Source of the DNA: Rhynchopus sp. YZ270_cl-10
Lineage: Eukaryota
Direction of reading: 5' to 3'
Assembly: GCA_964035575.1 (NCBI GenBank)
Contig: OZ037833.1
Location: 2,480,001 to 2,544,000, forward strand
Length of the DNA stretch: 64,000 bases
The notes beneath the pieces were generated by a model. The model had not been told where the DNA came from. It searched no databases and saw only the letters and a program-made list of their open reading frames with translations. Positions within the stretch are counted from its first letter, which is position 1. Each line of letters begins with the position of its first letter. Of this stretch, positions 46,501 to 57,815 are shown one piece after another. The position numbers were made by a program, and so were the translations under genes.

Positions 46501-47007
46501 TGGGCGAGGGAGGTTCTGCGCACGTGGAACGCAGAGTGCCTTCCCGACGAGGAGGAGGAGAACGTGAATGTGAACGTGACGGTTGTGTCGCGTGCTGCAA
46601 GCACCCTTGGAGCCAGCGGCAGCGGCAACGGCGCGTGGGTGGACTTTGCACTGAAGGGTGCCTCGGCCGAGGAGGTGGACCGTGTGCACGGCGAGATGGG
46701 GGCCGCAGTGGCGAAGCAGGGAGCCTCAGGGAGCCTGCGCCCTATTGGTGGGTTGGAGGTGCGTGCTGCAGAGGGTGGCTTGTCTGCGGAGTCTGGGTCT
46801 GGGTCTGATGGCGAGTCTGTGCCTGCATGGCTGATCCCACTCGCAGCAGGTGTGCTGTCCTTGTGTCTTGGTGGTGCTGTGGTGGCTCTTTTCATGAAGA
46901 AGAATGGCAAACGTGAGTGCACAGCAGATGAGACCAACGCTGTGTCAGCAAGCCTCATCGGAGACGAGCTCAAACCCGTTGAATGTCCAGAGGTGTCCGA
47001 GGTGTAG
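43510..47007 (+). CDS. Type I membrane surface protein, Glu/Ser/Lys-rich repeats + Trp/Cys-Cys repeats (array copy 1, 1165 aa)
   Basis: Signal peptide MLRCVALVAVLSLGHVAG; SEEQSEPKYTSEEKN-type repeats; W...xxCC.....C repeats; TM WLIPLAAGVLSLCLGGAVVALF followed by MKKNGKR. Confidence 0.88.
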   Translation: MLRCVALVAVLSLGHVAGDANTASQSQHPAKVSREFVSAEKNITNEHTQAHSSEKFVSEEKLSEAKVSQEYSEQKNVTAELSEEKVSVEQSEPKYISEEKNATRAVSEAKLSEEHSEARVSAEEIVTTELSQSKVTEEQSEPKYTSEEKNMTGDLSEAKVSEQKSGEKSVTAEKTATGEVSQAKVSEEQSEPKIVSEEKAVTQGLSQEKVTEEHSSPKYTSEEKNATAALSEEHVSEEVSEPKYTSEEKYITSELSQARASEEQSEPKVTHELSQAKVTEEHSELKYTSEEKNATTALSEEHVSDEVSEAKYTSEEKYITSELSQTRASEEQSEPKYTSEEKNATEEVSEAKVSEPKSGEKSATGEAQVTEEQSEAKYTSEDKDATMALSEAKVSQEQTQSQQKLSSEEKNVAAELSEAKVTEELSEAKYMSEEKNATTALSEEHVSEEQSEPKYTSEEKYITSELSQARASEEQSEPKIVSEEKAVTQGLSQAKVTEEHSELKYTSEEKNVIAALSEEHVSEEQSEPKYTSEEKYITSELSQARASEEHSEPKYVSEEKNATEEVSEAKVSQERSQSQQKLSSEEKNVAAELSEAKVTEEQSEPKYISEDKDATLALTESKVTEEVSDGEKDVTTAQSEEKLAEEASEPKYVSESKNITKELSQAQVTEEQSEPKVTNELSEAKYTEEQSEVKAISDEEKHTTTSEQSESVSEVKATSLCTGRVGTWDEEVATYCCLEEGLGCDAVPSFSCKHADVTETAEWSEERREFCCETGVVCGDDAFDCTWNAQTAEPWGRAHVAWCCENKGVRCADMQASVQEDRCLALEETASSAASVPALAECCADYGIGCSARFDCFDGTNVTQWEATKRTWCCREKDVACSVRCSAKAALSPAAVDYCCATKGVSCSAQWVEEQRILDDDAEDTETAAGTVLEELRLKVEGFSAEDVLQDPKKTLAKVRQALLRLSPTLRSENLLVRQIGALMANATVPPADKWDSWAREVLRTWNAECLPDEEEENVNVNVTVVSRAASTLGASGSGNGAWVDFALKGASAEEVDRVHGEMGAAVAKQGASGSLRPIGGLEVRAAEGGLSAESGSGSDGESVPAWLIPLAAGVLSLCLGGAVVALFMKKNGKRECTADETNAVSASLIGDELKPVECPEVSEV

Positions 47008-48307
47008 ATGCACAATACGGAGTCCTGTAATGTTTTATCCTTGTCTTCTCTTTGAAAGATGTGTGTGGTGATGCATGCATTTTTTTCTATTTTAATTGTC
47101 TTCAATTTCAGAATAATTTGCCTTCAATTTGGCGAATCCTCCAAAACCCCTGATAATATAGCAAATTGATATATTGCGTTTCTTCATTATGTTTGTGCGT
47201 GTTTTACGTTTTACGTTTTACTTTTTACTTTTTCCTTTGAAATATGTGATATGATTTGATTGTATGGTCTATTCACTTCATAGTATTATTGCCAGTGTCT
47301 GCGTCCCAGAGGCGTTTGCTACGATGAACTTATCTTTTCTTTTCTTTTCTTTTCTTGCTTTTTCCTTTTATTTCGTCCACAAGCCGTAGGCCACTTTCCA
47401 CCTTCCCGTGTTCAGCCATTCTCCCAGCCTTGCTTGAAGGTTCCTTTGGTCGTACACCGTGAAGAACACTGCGTCACATACTGTGGTGTCTCACGCCATG
47501 TGCGGTAGCATTGGCACCCTGGCAGAGCGGGGCAGATTCTGAATGGGAAGTGTGCACAAGACAGCTGTCGGTTTGTTGGTTTGGGTGGGGCTGTGCAAAG
47601 GTCTCCCTTTTTTTTGAGGTAGCTTTGCACACCTTTCATGCTTCGACCACGAAACATTAAGGTGTTTGTCATTGTTGTTTGCTTGCTTGCTTGTTGCATG
47701 TACGTGAGCGAGTGAGTGATCGACGCGCAGTCAAAGATCAATAGCTGTGTTCGTTGACACCTATGCTTTTCTTCTATTTTATCTAAATCCCTTTACCCCA
47801 CATGGACATTTCTACAAATTCAATCATGTGAAGTGCGGCATGCATGGGTGTCTTTTATGTCTACAGAAGCATTTGCCACTCGCCCAACTTCATCCTTTTC
47901 CATGACCACCCTCCCAAAGAAAAGCGAAAACAAAACACACCTTTATTCTGGTGTGTTTCTGAAGAACTTTCCTTTTGTTCTTCGCACAATCCATTCTTTA
48001 AACACCGTCGGGGTGGATGGGCGGCAACGGTACTTAACCTGTATCCGTTGAGCACGCTCATTTCGTTCAGGTGGCTAACCTTTCATTTTGAAGCAACGGG
48101 GTGTCTCTCTCTGTCCTCCCTTTCATCCAAAGACAGAAAGCGTCACCCCTTGCCTCCCTACTACAATACAGACCAAGACTCCCCTTTTCTACATTACTTT
48201 TCAACCCCACCCTTTTGTGCAGTACATAGCTTTGTATGTGTCCTGCATCTTCTCCTCTCCCTTCCACCCTTCCCAACAGATAACCCTGACTATATTTTGC
48301 AGACACA

Positions 48308-51300
48308 ATGCTGCGGTGTGTTGCGCTTGTGGCGGTGCTCAGTCTCGGACACGTGGCTGGAGATGCCAACACTGCATCTCAGTCTCAGCACCCAGCAAAG
48401 GTGTCTCGTGAGTTCGTCAGTGCAGAGAAGAACATCACGAACGAACACACACAGGCACATTCTTCGGAGAAGTTCGTCAGCGAAGAGAAGTTGTCTGAGG
48501 CAAAGGTGTCGCAGGAATACTCTGAGCAGAAGAACGTGACCGCGGAGCTCTCGGAGGAGAAGGTTTCAGTGGAGCAGTCTGAGCCCAAGTACATCAGCGA
48601 GGAGAAGAACGCAACAAGGGCAGTGTCTGAGGCAAAGCTTTCGGAGGAGCACTCAGAGGCCAGAGTCAGTGCAGAGGAGATCGTCACAACCGAACTGTCG
48701 CAGGCAAAGGTTTCGGAGGAGCAGTCTGAGTCCAAGTACGTGAGTGAGGAGAAGAGCATGACCGGCGAACTGTCTGAGGCAAAGGTTTCGGAGCAGAAGT
48801 CTGGGGAGAAGTCTGTCACTGCAGGGAAGACCGCCACCAGAGAACTGTCGCAGGCAAAGCTTTCTGAGGAGCAGTCTGAACCAATTGTGAGTGAGGAGAA
48901 GGCGGTGACGCAGGGTCTCTCACTGGAAAAAGTGACTGAGGAACACTCTGAGCCAAAGTCCACCAGCGAGGAGAAGAACGTGACCGCGGCACTGTCTGAG
49001 GAACATGTTTCGGAGGAGGTGTCGGAGCCGAAGTACACCAGCGAGGAGAAGAACATCACCAGCGAGCTTTCGCAGACACGTGCGTCTGAGGAGCAGTCTG
49101 AACCCAAGGTCACGAACGAGCAGTCTGAGCCGAAGTACGTGAGTGAGGAGAAGAACGCGACAGATGAGGTGTCTGAGGCAAAGGTTTCGCAGGAGCAGAC
49201 ACAGTCTCAGCAGAAGCTCAGCAGCGAAGAGAAGAATGTTGCGGCCGAGCTGTCTGAGGCAAAGGTCACTGAGGAGCAGTCTGAGCCAAAGTACATCAGT
49301 GAAGAAAAGAACGTGACCACGGCACTGTCTGAGGAACATGTTTCGGAAGAGCAGTCTGAGCCGAAGTACACCAGTGAGGAGAAATACATCACCAGCGAGC
49401 TTTCGCAGGCACGTGAGTCTGAGGAGCAGTCTGAGCCGAAGTACTGGAGCGAGGAGAAGAACGCGACAGAGGAGGTGTCGGAGGCGAAGTACACGAGTGA
49501 GGAGAAGGGCATCACCAGCGAGCTTTCGCAGGAACGTGCGTCTGAGGAGCAGTCTGAGCCGAAGGTCACGAACGAGCTTTCGCAGGCAAAGGTGACTGAG
49601 GAGCAGTCTGAACCTATTGTGAGTGAGGAGAAGGCGGTGACGCAGGAGCTCTCACAGGAAAAAGTGACTGAGGAACACTCCGAGCTGAAGTACACCAGTG
49701 AGGAGAAGAACGTGACTGCGGCACTGTCTGAGGAACATGTTTCGGAGGAGCAGTCTGAGCCGAAGTACACGAGTGAGGAGAAATACATCACCAGCGAGCT
49801 TTCGCAGACACGTGCGTCTGAGGAGCAGTCTGAGCCCAAGATTGTGAGTGAGGAGAAGAACATGACCGGCGAACTGTCTGAGGCAAAGGTTTCGGAGCAG
49901 AAGTCTGGGGAGAAGTCTGTCACTGCAGGGAAGACCGCCACCAGAGAACTGTCGCAGGCAAAGCTTTCTGAGGAGCAGTCTGAACCAATTGTGAGTGAGG
50001 AGAAGGCAGTGACGCAGGGTCTCTCACTGGAAAAAGTGACTGAGGAACACTCTGAACCCAAGTACACCAGCGAGGAGAAGAACGTAACCAGCGAACTGTC
50101 TGAGGCAAAGGTTTCGGAGCCTAAGTCTGGAGAGAAGTCTGCTACCGGAGAAGTGTCTGAGGCAAAGGTGACTGAGGAGCAGTCTGAAGCGAAGGTCACG
50201 CACGAGCTTTCGCAGGCAAAAGTGACTGAGGAACACTCCGAGCTGAAGTACACCAGCGAGGAGAAGAACGCGACCATGGCACTGTCTGAGGATCATGTTT
50301 CAGATGAGGTGTCGGAGGCAAAGTACACCAGTGAGGAGAAGAACATCACCAGCGAGCTTTCGCAGGCACGTGCGTCTGAGGAGCAGTCTGAGACGAAGTA
50401 CACGAGTGAGGAGAAGGGCATCACCAGCGAGCTTTCGCAGGAACGTGCGTCTGAGGAGCAGTCTGAGCCGAAGGTCACGAGCGAGCTTTCGCAGGCAAAG
50501 GTGACTGAGGAGCAGTCTGAGCCGAAGTACGTGAGTGAGGAGAAGAACGCGACAGAGGAAGTGTCTGAGGCAAAGGTTTCGGAGGAGCAGACACAGTCTC
50601 AGCAGCAGCTCAGCAGCGAAGAGAAGAATGTTGCGGCCGAGCTGTCTGAGGCGAAGTACACCAGCGAGGACAAGGACGCAACAATGGCAGTGTCTGAGGC
50701 AAAGGTTTCGGAGGAGGTGTCTGAGCTGAAAGCCATCAGCGGAGAGAAGAACGCAACTACTGAACTGTCTGAGTCGAAGGTTACGGAAGAGGTGTCTGAC
50801 GAGGAGAAGGACGTGACGACGGCACAGTCGGAGGAAAAGCTTGCGGAAGAGGCGTCTGAGCCGACGTACGTCAGCGAATCGAAGAACATCACGAAGGAAC
50901 TGTCGCAGGCACAGGTGACAGAAGAGCAGTCTGAGTCGAAGATCACGAACGAGCTCTCTGAGGCAAAGTATACGGAGGAGCAGTCTGAGGTGAAGGGCAT
51001 CAGCGATGAGGAGAAGCACACGACCACATCTGAGCAATCGGAATCCGTGTCTGAGGTGAAGGCGACGTCGCTTTGCACCGGACGTGTGGGGACCTGGGAC
51101 GAGGAGGTTGCGACGTACTGCTGCTTGGAGGAGGGTCTGGGCTGTGCCGCAGTGCCGTCCTTTTCGTGCAAACACGCGGATGTGGCCGAGACTGCAGAGT
51201 GGAGTGAGGAGAGACGTGAGTTCTGCTGCGAGACTGGCGTTGTGTGTGGCGATGATGCCTTTGACTGCACGTGGAATGCACAGACTGCGGAGCCGTGGGG

Positions 51301-52411
51301 CAGGGCGCACGTTGCATGGTGCTGCGAGAACAAGGGTGTGCGGTGCGCTGACATGCAGGCCTCGGTGCAGGAGGACCGCTGCCTTGCCCTTGAGGAAACA
51401 GCGTCATCTGCTGCGTCTGTGCCTGCGTTGGCTGAGTGCTGTGCGGACTACGGCATTGGCTGCAGTGCACGCTTCGACTGCTTCGACGGGACGAACGTGA
51501 CGCAGTGGGAGGCGACGAAGCGCACGTGGTGCTGCCGTGAGAAGGACGTTGCGTGCAGTGTGCGGTGCAGCGCAAAGGCAGCCCTGAGCCCTGCGGCAGT
51601 GGACTACTGCTGCGCCACGAAGGGTGTGTCGTGCTCTGCTCAGTGGGTTGAGGAGCAGCGCATCCTTGACGACGATGCCGAGGACACAGAGACCGCTGCA
51701 GGCACGGTGCTTGAGGAGCTCCGCCTCAAGGTGGAGGGCTTCAGTGCAGAGGACGTGCTGCAGGATCCGAAGAAGACGCTTGCGAAGGTGCGCCAGGCGC
51801 TGCTCCGCCTCTCCCCGACACTCCGCTCCGAAAACCTTCTTGTCCGCCAGATCGGTGCTCTGATGGCCAACGCGACTGTGCCGCCTGCTGACAAGTGGGA
51901 CTCCTGGGCGAGGGAGGTTCTGCGCACGTGGAACGCAGAGTGCCTTCCCGACGAGGAGGAGGAGAACGTGAATGTGAACGTGACGGTTGTGTCGCGTGCT
52001 GCAAGCACCCTTGGAGCCAGCGGCAGCGGCAACGGCGCGTGGGTGGACTTTGCACTGAAGGGTGCCTCGGCCGAGGAGGTGGACCGTGTGCACGGCGAGA
52101 TGGGGGCCGCAGTGGCGAAGCAGGGAGCCTCAGGGAGCCTGCGCCCTATTGGTGGGTTGGAGGTGCGTGCTGCAGAGGGTGGCTTGTCTGCGGAGTCTGG
52201 GTCTGGGTCTGATGGCGAGTCTGTGCCTGCATGGCTGATCCCACTCGCAGCAGGTGTGCTGTCCTTGTGTCTTGGTGGTGCTGTGGTGGCTCTTTTCATG
52301 AAGAAGAATGGCAAACGTGAGTGCACAGCAGATGAGACCAACGCTGTGTCAGCAAGCCTCATCGGAGACGAGCTCAAACCCGTTGAATGTCCAGAGGTGT
52401 CCGAGGTGTAG
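48308..52411 (+). CDS. Same surface protein, array copy 2 (1367 aa)
   Basis: Same termini as copy 1 with a longer, rearranged repeat region. Confidence 0.88.
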   Translation: MLRCVALVAVLSLGHVAGDANTASQSQHPAKVSREFVSAEKNITNEHTQAHSSEKFVSEEKLSEAKVSQEYSEQKNVTAELSEEKVSVEQSEPKYISEEKNATRAVSEAKLSEEHSEARVSAEEIVTTELSQAKVSEEQSESKYVSEEKSMTGELSEAKVSEQKSGEKSVTAGKTATRELSQAKLSEEQSEPIVSEEKAVTQGLSLEKVTEEHSEPKSTSEEKNVTAALSEEHVSEEVSEPKYTSEEKNITSELSQTRASEEQSEPKVTNEQSEPKYVSEEKNATDEVSEAKVSQEQTQSQQKLSSEEKNVAAELSEAKVTEEQSEPKYISEEKNVTTALSEEHVSEEQSEPKYTSEEKYITSELSQARESEEQSEPKYWSEEKNATEEVSEAKYTSEEKGITSELSQERASEEQSEPKVTNELSQAKVTEEQSEPIVSEEKAVTQELSQEKVTEEHSELKYTSEEKNVTAALSEEHVSEEQSEPKYTSEEKYITSELSQTRASEEQSEPKIVSEEKNMTGELSEAKVSEQKSGEKSVTAGKTATRELSQAKLSEEQSEPIVSEEKAVTQGLSLEKVTEEHSEPKYTSEEKNVTSELSEAKVSEPKSGEKSATGEVSEAKVTEEQSEAKVTHELSQAKVTEEHSELKYTSEEKNATMALSEDHVSDEVSEAKYTSEEKNITSELSQARASEEQSETKYTSEEKGITSELSQERASEEQSEPKVTSELSQAKVTEEQSEPKYVSEEKNATEEVSEAKVSEEQTQSQQQLSSEEKNVAAELSEAKYTSEDKDATMAVSEAKVSEEVSELKAISGEKNATTELSESKVTEEVSDEEKDVTTAQSEEKLAEEASEPTYVSESKNITKELSQAQVTEEQSESKITNELSEAKYTEEQSEVKGISDEEKHTTTSEQSESVSEVKATSLCTGRVGTWDEEVATYCCLEEGLGCAAVPSFSCKHADVAETAEWSEERREFCCETGVVCGDDAFDCTWNAQTAEPWGRAHVAWCCENKGVRCADMQASVQEDRCLALEETASSAASVPALAECCADYGIGCSARFDCFDGTNVTQWEATKRTWCCREKDVACSVRCSAKAALSPAAVDYCCATKGVSCSAQWVEEQRILDDDAEDTETAAGTVLEELRLKVEGFSAEDVLQDPKKTLAKVRQALLRLSPTLRSENLLVRQIGALMANATVPPADKWDSWAREVLRTWNAECLPDEEEENVNVNVTVVSRAASTLGASGSGNGAWVDFALKGASAEEVDRVHGEMGAAVAKQGASGSLRPIGGLEVRAAEGGLSAESGSGSDGESVPAWLIPLAAGVLSLCLGGAVVALFMKKNGKRECTADETNAVSASLIGDELKPVECPEVSEV

Positions 52412-53711
52412 ATGCACAATACGGAGTCCTGTAATGTTTTATCCTTGTCTTCTCTTTGAAAGATGTGTGTGGTGATGCATGCATTTTTTTCTATTTTAAT
52501 TGTCTTCAATTTCAGAATAATTTGCCTTCAATTTGGCGAATCCTCCAAAACCCCTGATAATATAGCAAATTGATATATTGCGTTTCTTCATTATGTTTGT
52601 GCGTGTTTTACGTTTTACGTTTTACTTTTTACTTTTTCCTTTGAAATATGTGATATGATTTGATTGTATGGTCTATTCACTTCATAGTATTATTGCCAGT
52701 GTCTGCGTCCCAGAGGCGTTTGCCACGATGAACTTATCTTTTCTTTTCTTTTCTTTTCTTGCTTTTTCCTTTTATTTCGTCCACAAGCCGTAGGCCACTT
52801 TCCACCTTCCCGTGTTCAGCCATTCTCCCAGCCTTGCTTGAAGGTTCCTTTGGTCGTACACCGTGAAGAACACTGCGTCACATACTGTGGTGTCTCACGC
52901 CATGTGCGGTAGCATTGGCACCCTGGCAGAGCGGGGCAGATTCTGAATGGGAAGTGTGCACAAGACAGCTGTCGGTTTGTTGGTTTGGGTGGGGCTGTGC
53001 AAAGGTCTCCCTTTTTTTTGAGGTAGCTTTGCACACCTTTCATGCTTCGACCACGAAACATTAAGGTGTTTGTCATTGTTGTTTGCTTGCTTGCTTGTTG
53101 CATGTACGTGAGCGAGTGAGTGATCGACGCGCAGTCAAAGATCAATAGCTGTGTTCGTTGACACCTATGATTTTCTTCTATTTTATCTAAATCCCTTTAC
53201 CCCACATGGACATTTCTACAAATTCAATCATGTGAAGTGCGGCATGCATGGGTGTCTTTTATGTCTACAGAAGCATTTGCCACTCGCCCAACTTCATCCT
53301 TTTCCATGACCACCCTCCCAAAGAAAAGCGAAAACAAAACACACCTTTATTCTGGTGTGTTTCTGAAGAACTTTCCTTTTGTTCTTCGCACAATCCATTC
53401 TTTAAACACCGTCGGGGTGGATGGGCGGCAACGGTACTTAACCTGTATCCGTTGAGCACGCTCATTTCGTTCAGGTGGCTAACCTTTCATTTTGAAGCAA
53501 CGGGGTGTCTCTCTCTGTCCTCCCTTTCATCCAAAGACAGAAAGCGTCACCCCTTGCCTCCCTACTACAATACAGACCAAGACTCCCCTTTTCTACATTA
53601 CTTTTCAACCCCACCCTTTTGTGCAGTACATAGCTTTGTATGTGTCCTGCATCTTCTCCTCTCCCTTCCACCCTTCCCAACAGATAACCCTGACTATATT
53701 TTGCAGACACA

Positions 53712-56700
53712 ATGCTGCGGTGTGTTGCGCTTGTGGCGGTGCTCAGTCTCGGACACGTGGCTGGAGATGCCAACACTGCATCTCAGTCTCAGCACCCAGC
53801 AAAGGTGTCTCGTGAGTTCGTCAGTGCAGAGAAGAACATCACGAACGAACACACACAGGCACATTCTTCGGAGAAGTTCGTCAGCGAAGAGAAGTTGTCT
53901 GAGGCAAAGGTGTCGCAGGAATACTCTGAGCAGAAGAACGTGACCGCGGAGCTCTCGGAGGAGAAGGTTTCAGTGGAGCAGTCTGAGCCCAAGTACATCA
54001 GCGAGGAGAAGAACGCAACAAGGGCAGTGTCTGAGGCAAAGCTTTCGGAGGAGCACTCAGAGGCCAGAGTCAGTGCAGAGGAGATCGTCACAACCGAACT
54101 GTCGCAGGCAAAGGTTTCGGAGGAGCAGTCTGAGTCCAAGTACGTGAGTGAGGAGAAGAGCATGACCGGCGAACTGTCTGAGGCAAAGGTTTCGGAGCAG
54201 AAGTCTGGGGAGAAGTCTGTCACTGCAGGGAAGACCGCCACCAGAGAACTGTCGCAGGCAAAGCTTTCTGAGGAGCAGTCTGAACCAATTGTGAGTGAGG
54301 AGAAGGCGGTGACGCAGGGTCTCTCACTGGAAAAAGTGACTGAGGAACACTCTGAGCCAAAGTCCACCAGCGAGGAGAAGAACGTGACCGCGGCACTGTC
54401 TGAGGAACATGTTTCGGAGGAGGTGTCGGAGCCGAAGTACACCAGCGAGGAGAAGAACATCACCAGCGAGCTTTCGCAGACACGTGCGTCTGAGGAGCAG
54501 TCTGAACCCAAGGTCACGAACGAGCAGTCTGAGCCGAAGTACGTGAGTGAGGAGAAGAACGCGACAGATGAGGTGTCTGAGGCAAAGGTTTCGCAGGAGC
54601 AGACACAGTCTCAGCAGAAGCTCAGCAGCGAAGAGAAGAATGTTGCGGCCGAGCTGTCTGAGGCAAAGGTCACTGAGGAGCAGTCTGAGCCAAAGTACAT
54701 CAGTGAAGAAAAGAACGTGACCACGGCACTGTCTGAGGAACATGTTTCGGAAGAGCAGTCTGAGCCGAAGTACACCAGTGAGGAGAAATACATCACCAGC
54801 GAGCTTTCGCAGGCACGTGAGTCTGAGGAGCAGTCTGAGCCGAAGTACTGGAGCGAGGAGAAGAACGCGACAGAGGAGGTGTCGGAGGCGAAGTACACGA
54901 GTGAGGAGAAGGGCATCACCAGCGAGCTTTCGCAGGAACGTGCGTCTGAGGAGCAGTCTGAGCCGAAGGTCACGAACGAGCTTTCGCAGGCAAAGGTGAC
55001 TGAGGAGCAGTCTGAACCTATTGTGAGTGAGGAGAAGGCGGTGACGCAGGAGCTCTCACAGGAAAAAGTGACTGAGGAACACTCCGAGCTGAAGTACACC
55101 AGTGAGGAGAAGAACGTGACTGCGGCACTGTCTGAGGAACATGTTTCGGAGGAGCAGTCTGAGCCGAAGTACACGAGTGAGGAGAAATACATCACCAGCG
55201 AGCTTTCGCAGACACGTGCGTCTGAGGAGCAGTCTGAGCCCAAGATTGTGAGTGAGGAGAAGAACATGACCGGCGAACTGTCTGAGGCAAAGGTTTCGGA
55301 GCAGAAGTCTGGGGAGAAGTCTGTCACTGCAGGGAAGACCGCCACCAGAGAACTGTCGCAGGCAAAGCTTTCTGAGGAGCAGTCTGAACCAATTGTGAGT
55401 GAGGAGAAGGCAGTGACGCAGGGTCTCTCACTGGAAAAAGTGACTGAGGAACACTCTGAACCCAAGTACACCAGCGAGGAGAAGAACGTAACCAGCGAAC
55501 TGTCTGAGGCAAAGGTTTCGGAGCCTAAGTCTGGAGAGAAGTCTGCTACCGGAGAAGTGTCTGAGGCAAAGGTGACTGAGGAGCAGTCTGAAGCGAAGGT
55601 CACGCACGAGCTTTCGCAGGCAAAAGTGACTGAGGAACACTCCGAGCTGAAGTACACCAGCGAGGAGAAGAACGCGACCATGGCACTGTCTGAGGATCAT
55701 GTTTCAGATGAGGTGTCGGAGGCAAAGTACACCAGTGAGGAGAAGAACATCACCAGCGAGCTTTCGCAGGCACGTGCGTCTGAGGAGCAGTCTGAGACGA
55801 AGTACACGAGTGAGGAGAAGGGCATCACCAGCGAGCTTTCGCAGGAACGTGCGTCTGAGGAGCAGTCTGAGCCGAAGGTCACGAGCGAGCTTTCGCAGGC
55901 AAAGGTGACTGAGGAGCAGTCTGAGCCGAAGTACGTGAGTGAGGAGAAGAACGCGACAGAGGAAGTGTCTGAGGCAAAGGTTTCGGAGGAGCAGACACAG
56001 TCTCAGCAGCAGCTCAGCAGCGAAGAGAAGAATGTTGCGGCCGAGCTGTCTGAGGCGAAGTACACCAGCGAGGACAAGGACGCAACAATGGCAGTGTCTG
56101 AGGCAAAGGTTTCGGAGGAGGTGTCTGAGCTGAAAGCCATCAGCGGAGAGAAGAACGCAACTACTGAACTGTCTGAGTCGAAGGTTACGGAAGAGGTGTC
56201 TGACGAGGAGAAGGACGTGACGACGGCACAGTCGGAGGAAAAGCTTGCGGAAGAGGCGTCTGAGCCGACGTACGTCAGCGAATCGAAGAACATCACGAAG
56301 GAACTGTCGCAGGCACAGGTGACAGAAGAGCAGTCTGAGTCGAAGATCACGAACGAGCTCTCTGAGGCAAAGTATACGGAGGAGCAGTCTGAGGTGAAGG
56401 GCATCAGCGATGAGGAGAAGCACACGACCACATCTGAGCAATCGGAATCCGTGTCTGAGGTGAAGGCGACGTCGCTTTGCACCGGACGTGTGGGGACCTG
56501 GGACGAGGAGGTTGCGACGTACTGCTGCTTGGAGGAGGGTCTGGGCTGTGCCGCAGTGCCGTCCTTTTCGTGCAAACACGCGGATGTGGCCGAGACTGCA
56601 GAGTGGAGTGAGGAGAGACGTGAGTTCTGCTGCGAGACTGGCGTTGTGTGTGGCGATGATGCCTTTGACTGCACGTGGAATGCACAGACTGCGGAGCCGT

Positions 56701-57815
56701 GGGGCAGGGCGCACGTTGCATGGTGCTGCGAGAACAAGGGTGTGCGGTGCGCTGACATGCAGGCCTCGGTGCAGGAGGACCGCTGCCTTGCCCTTGAGGA
56801 AACAGCGTCATCTGCTGCGTCTGTGCCTGCGTTGGCTGAGTGCTGTGCGGACTACGGCATTGGCTGCAGTGCACGCTTCGACTGCTTCGACGGGACGAAC
56901 GTGACGCAGTGGGAGGCGACGAAGCGCACGTGGTGCTGCCGTGAGAAGGACGTTGCGTGCAGTGTGCGGTGCAGCGCAAAGGCAGCCCTGAGCCCTGCGG
57001 CAGTGGACTACTGCTGCGCCACGAAGGGTGTGTCGTGCTCTGCTCAGTGGGTTGAGGAGCAGCGCATCCTTGACGACGATGCCGAGGACACAGAGACCGC
57101 TGCAGGCACGGTGCTTGAGGAGCTCCGCCTCAAGGTGGAGGGCTTCAGTGCAGAGGACGTGCTGCAGGATCCGAAGAAGACGCTTGCGAAGGTGCGCCAG
57201 GCGCTGCTCCGCCTCTCCCCGACACTCCGCTCCGAAAACCTTCTTGTCCGCCAGATCGGTGCTCTGATGGCCAACGCGACTGTGCCGCCTGCTGACAAGT
57301 GGGACTCCTGGGCGAGGGAGGTTCTGCGCACGTGGAACGCAGAGTGCCTTCCCGACGAGGAGGAGGAGAACGTGAATGTGAACGTGACGGTTGTGTCGCG
57401 TGCTGCAAGCACCCTTGGAGCCAGCGGCAGCGGCAACGGCGCGTGGGTGGACTTTGCACTGAAGGGTGCCTCGGCCGAGGAGGTGGACCGTGTGCACGGC
57501 GAGATGGGGGCCGCAGTGGCGAAGCAGGGAGCCTCAGGGAGCCTGCGCCCTATTGGTGGGTTGGAGGTGCGTGCTGCAGAGGGTGGCTTGTCTGCGGAGT
57601 CTGGGTCTGGGTCTGATGGCGAGTCTGTGCCTGCATGGCTGATCCCACTCGCAGCAGGTGTGCTGTCCTTGTGTCTTGGTGGTGCTGTGGTGGCTCTTTT
57701 CATGAAGAAGAATGGCAAACGTGAGTGCACAGCAGATGAGACCAACGCTGTGTCAGCAAGCCTCATCGGAGACGAGCTCAAACCCGTTGAATGTCCAGAG
57801 GTGTCCGAGGTGTAG
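53712..57815 (+). CDS. Same surface protein, array copy 3 (1367 aa)
   Basis: Translation appears identical to copy 2; offset 5404 bp. Confidence 0.88.
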   Translation: MLRCVALVAVLSLGHVAGDANTASQSQHPAKVSREFVSAEKNITNEHTQAHSSEKFVSEEKLSEAKVSQEYSEQKNVTAELSEEKVSVEQSEPKYISEEKNATRAVSEAKLSEEHSEARVSAEEIVTTELSQAKVSEEQSESKYVSEEKSMTGELSEAKVSEQKSGEKSVTAGKTATRELSQAKLSEEQSEPIVSEEKAVTQGLSLEKVTEEHSEPKSTSEEKNVTAALSEEHVSEEVSEPKYTSEEKNITSELSQTRASEEQSEPKVTNEQSEPKYVSEEKNATDEVSEAKVSQEQTQSQQKLSSEEKNVAAELSEAKVTEEQSEPKYISEEKNVTTALSEEHVSEEQSEPKYTSEEKYITSELSQARESEEQSEPKYWSEEKNATEEVSEAKYTSEEKGITSELSQERASEEQSEPKVTNELSQAKVTEEQSEPIVSEEKAVTQELSQEKVTEEHSELKYTSEEKNVTAALSEEHVSEEQSEPKYTSEEKYITSELSQTRASEEQSEPKIVSEEKNMTGELSEAKVSEQKSGEKSVTAGKTATRELSQAKLSEEQSEPIVSEEKAVTQGLSLEKVTEEHSEPKYTSEEKNVTSELSEAKVSEPKSGEKSATGEVSEAKVTEEQSEAKVTHELSQAKVTEEHSELKYTSEEKNATMALSEDHVSDEVSEAKYTSEEKNITSELSQARASEEQSETKYTSEEKGITSELSQERASEEQSEPKVTSELSQAKVTEEQSEPKYVSEEKNATEEVSEAKVSEEQTQSQQQLSSEEKNVAAELSEAKYTSEDKDATMAVSEAKVSEEVSELKAISGEKNATTELSESKVTEEVSDEEKDVTTAQSEEKLAEEASEPTYVSESKNITKELSQAQVTEEQSESKITNELSEAKYTEEQSEVKGISDEEKHTTTSEQSESVSEVKATSLCTGRVGTWDEEVATYCCLEEGLGCAAVPSFSCKHADVAETAEWSEERREFCCETGVVCGDDAFDCTWNAQTAEPWGRAHVAWCCENKGVRCADMQASVQEDRCLALEETASSAASVPALAECCADYGIGCSARFDCFDGTNVTQWEATKRTWCCREKDVACSVRCSAKAALSPAAVDYCCATKGVSCSAQWVEEQRILDDDAEDTETAAGTVLEELRLKVEGFSAEDVLQDPKKTLAKVRQALLRLSPTLRSENLLVRQIGALMANATVPPADKWDSWAREVLRTWNAECLPDEEEENVNVNVTVVSRAASTLGASGSGNGAWVDFALKGASAEEVDRVHGEMGAAVAKQGASGSLRPIGGLEVRAAEGGLSAESGSGSDGESVPAWLIPLAAGVLSLCLGGAVVALFMKKNGKRECTADETNAVSASLIGDELKPVECPEVSEV

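Noticed and set aside
47844..48539. 231-aa ORF and other short ORFs repeated in each array spacer
   Set aside because: Low-complexity intergenic composition overlapping the true gene start; recurrence is due to the duplication only.
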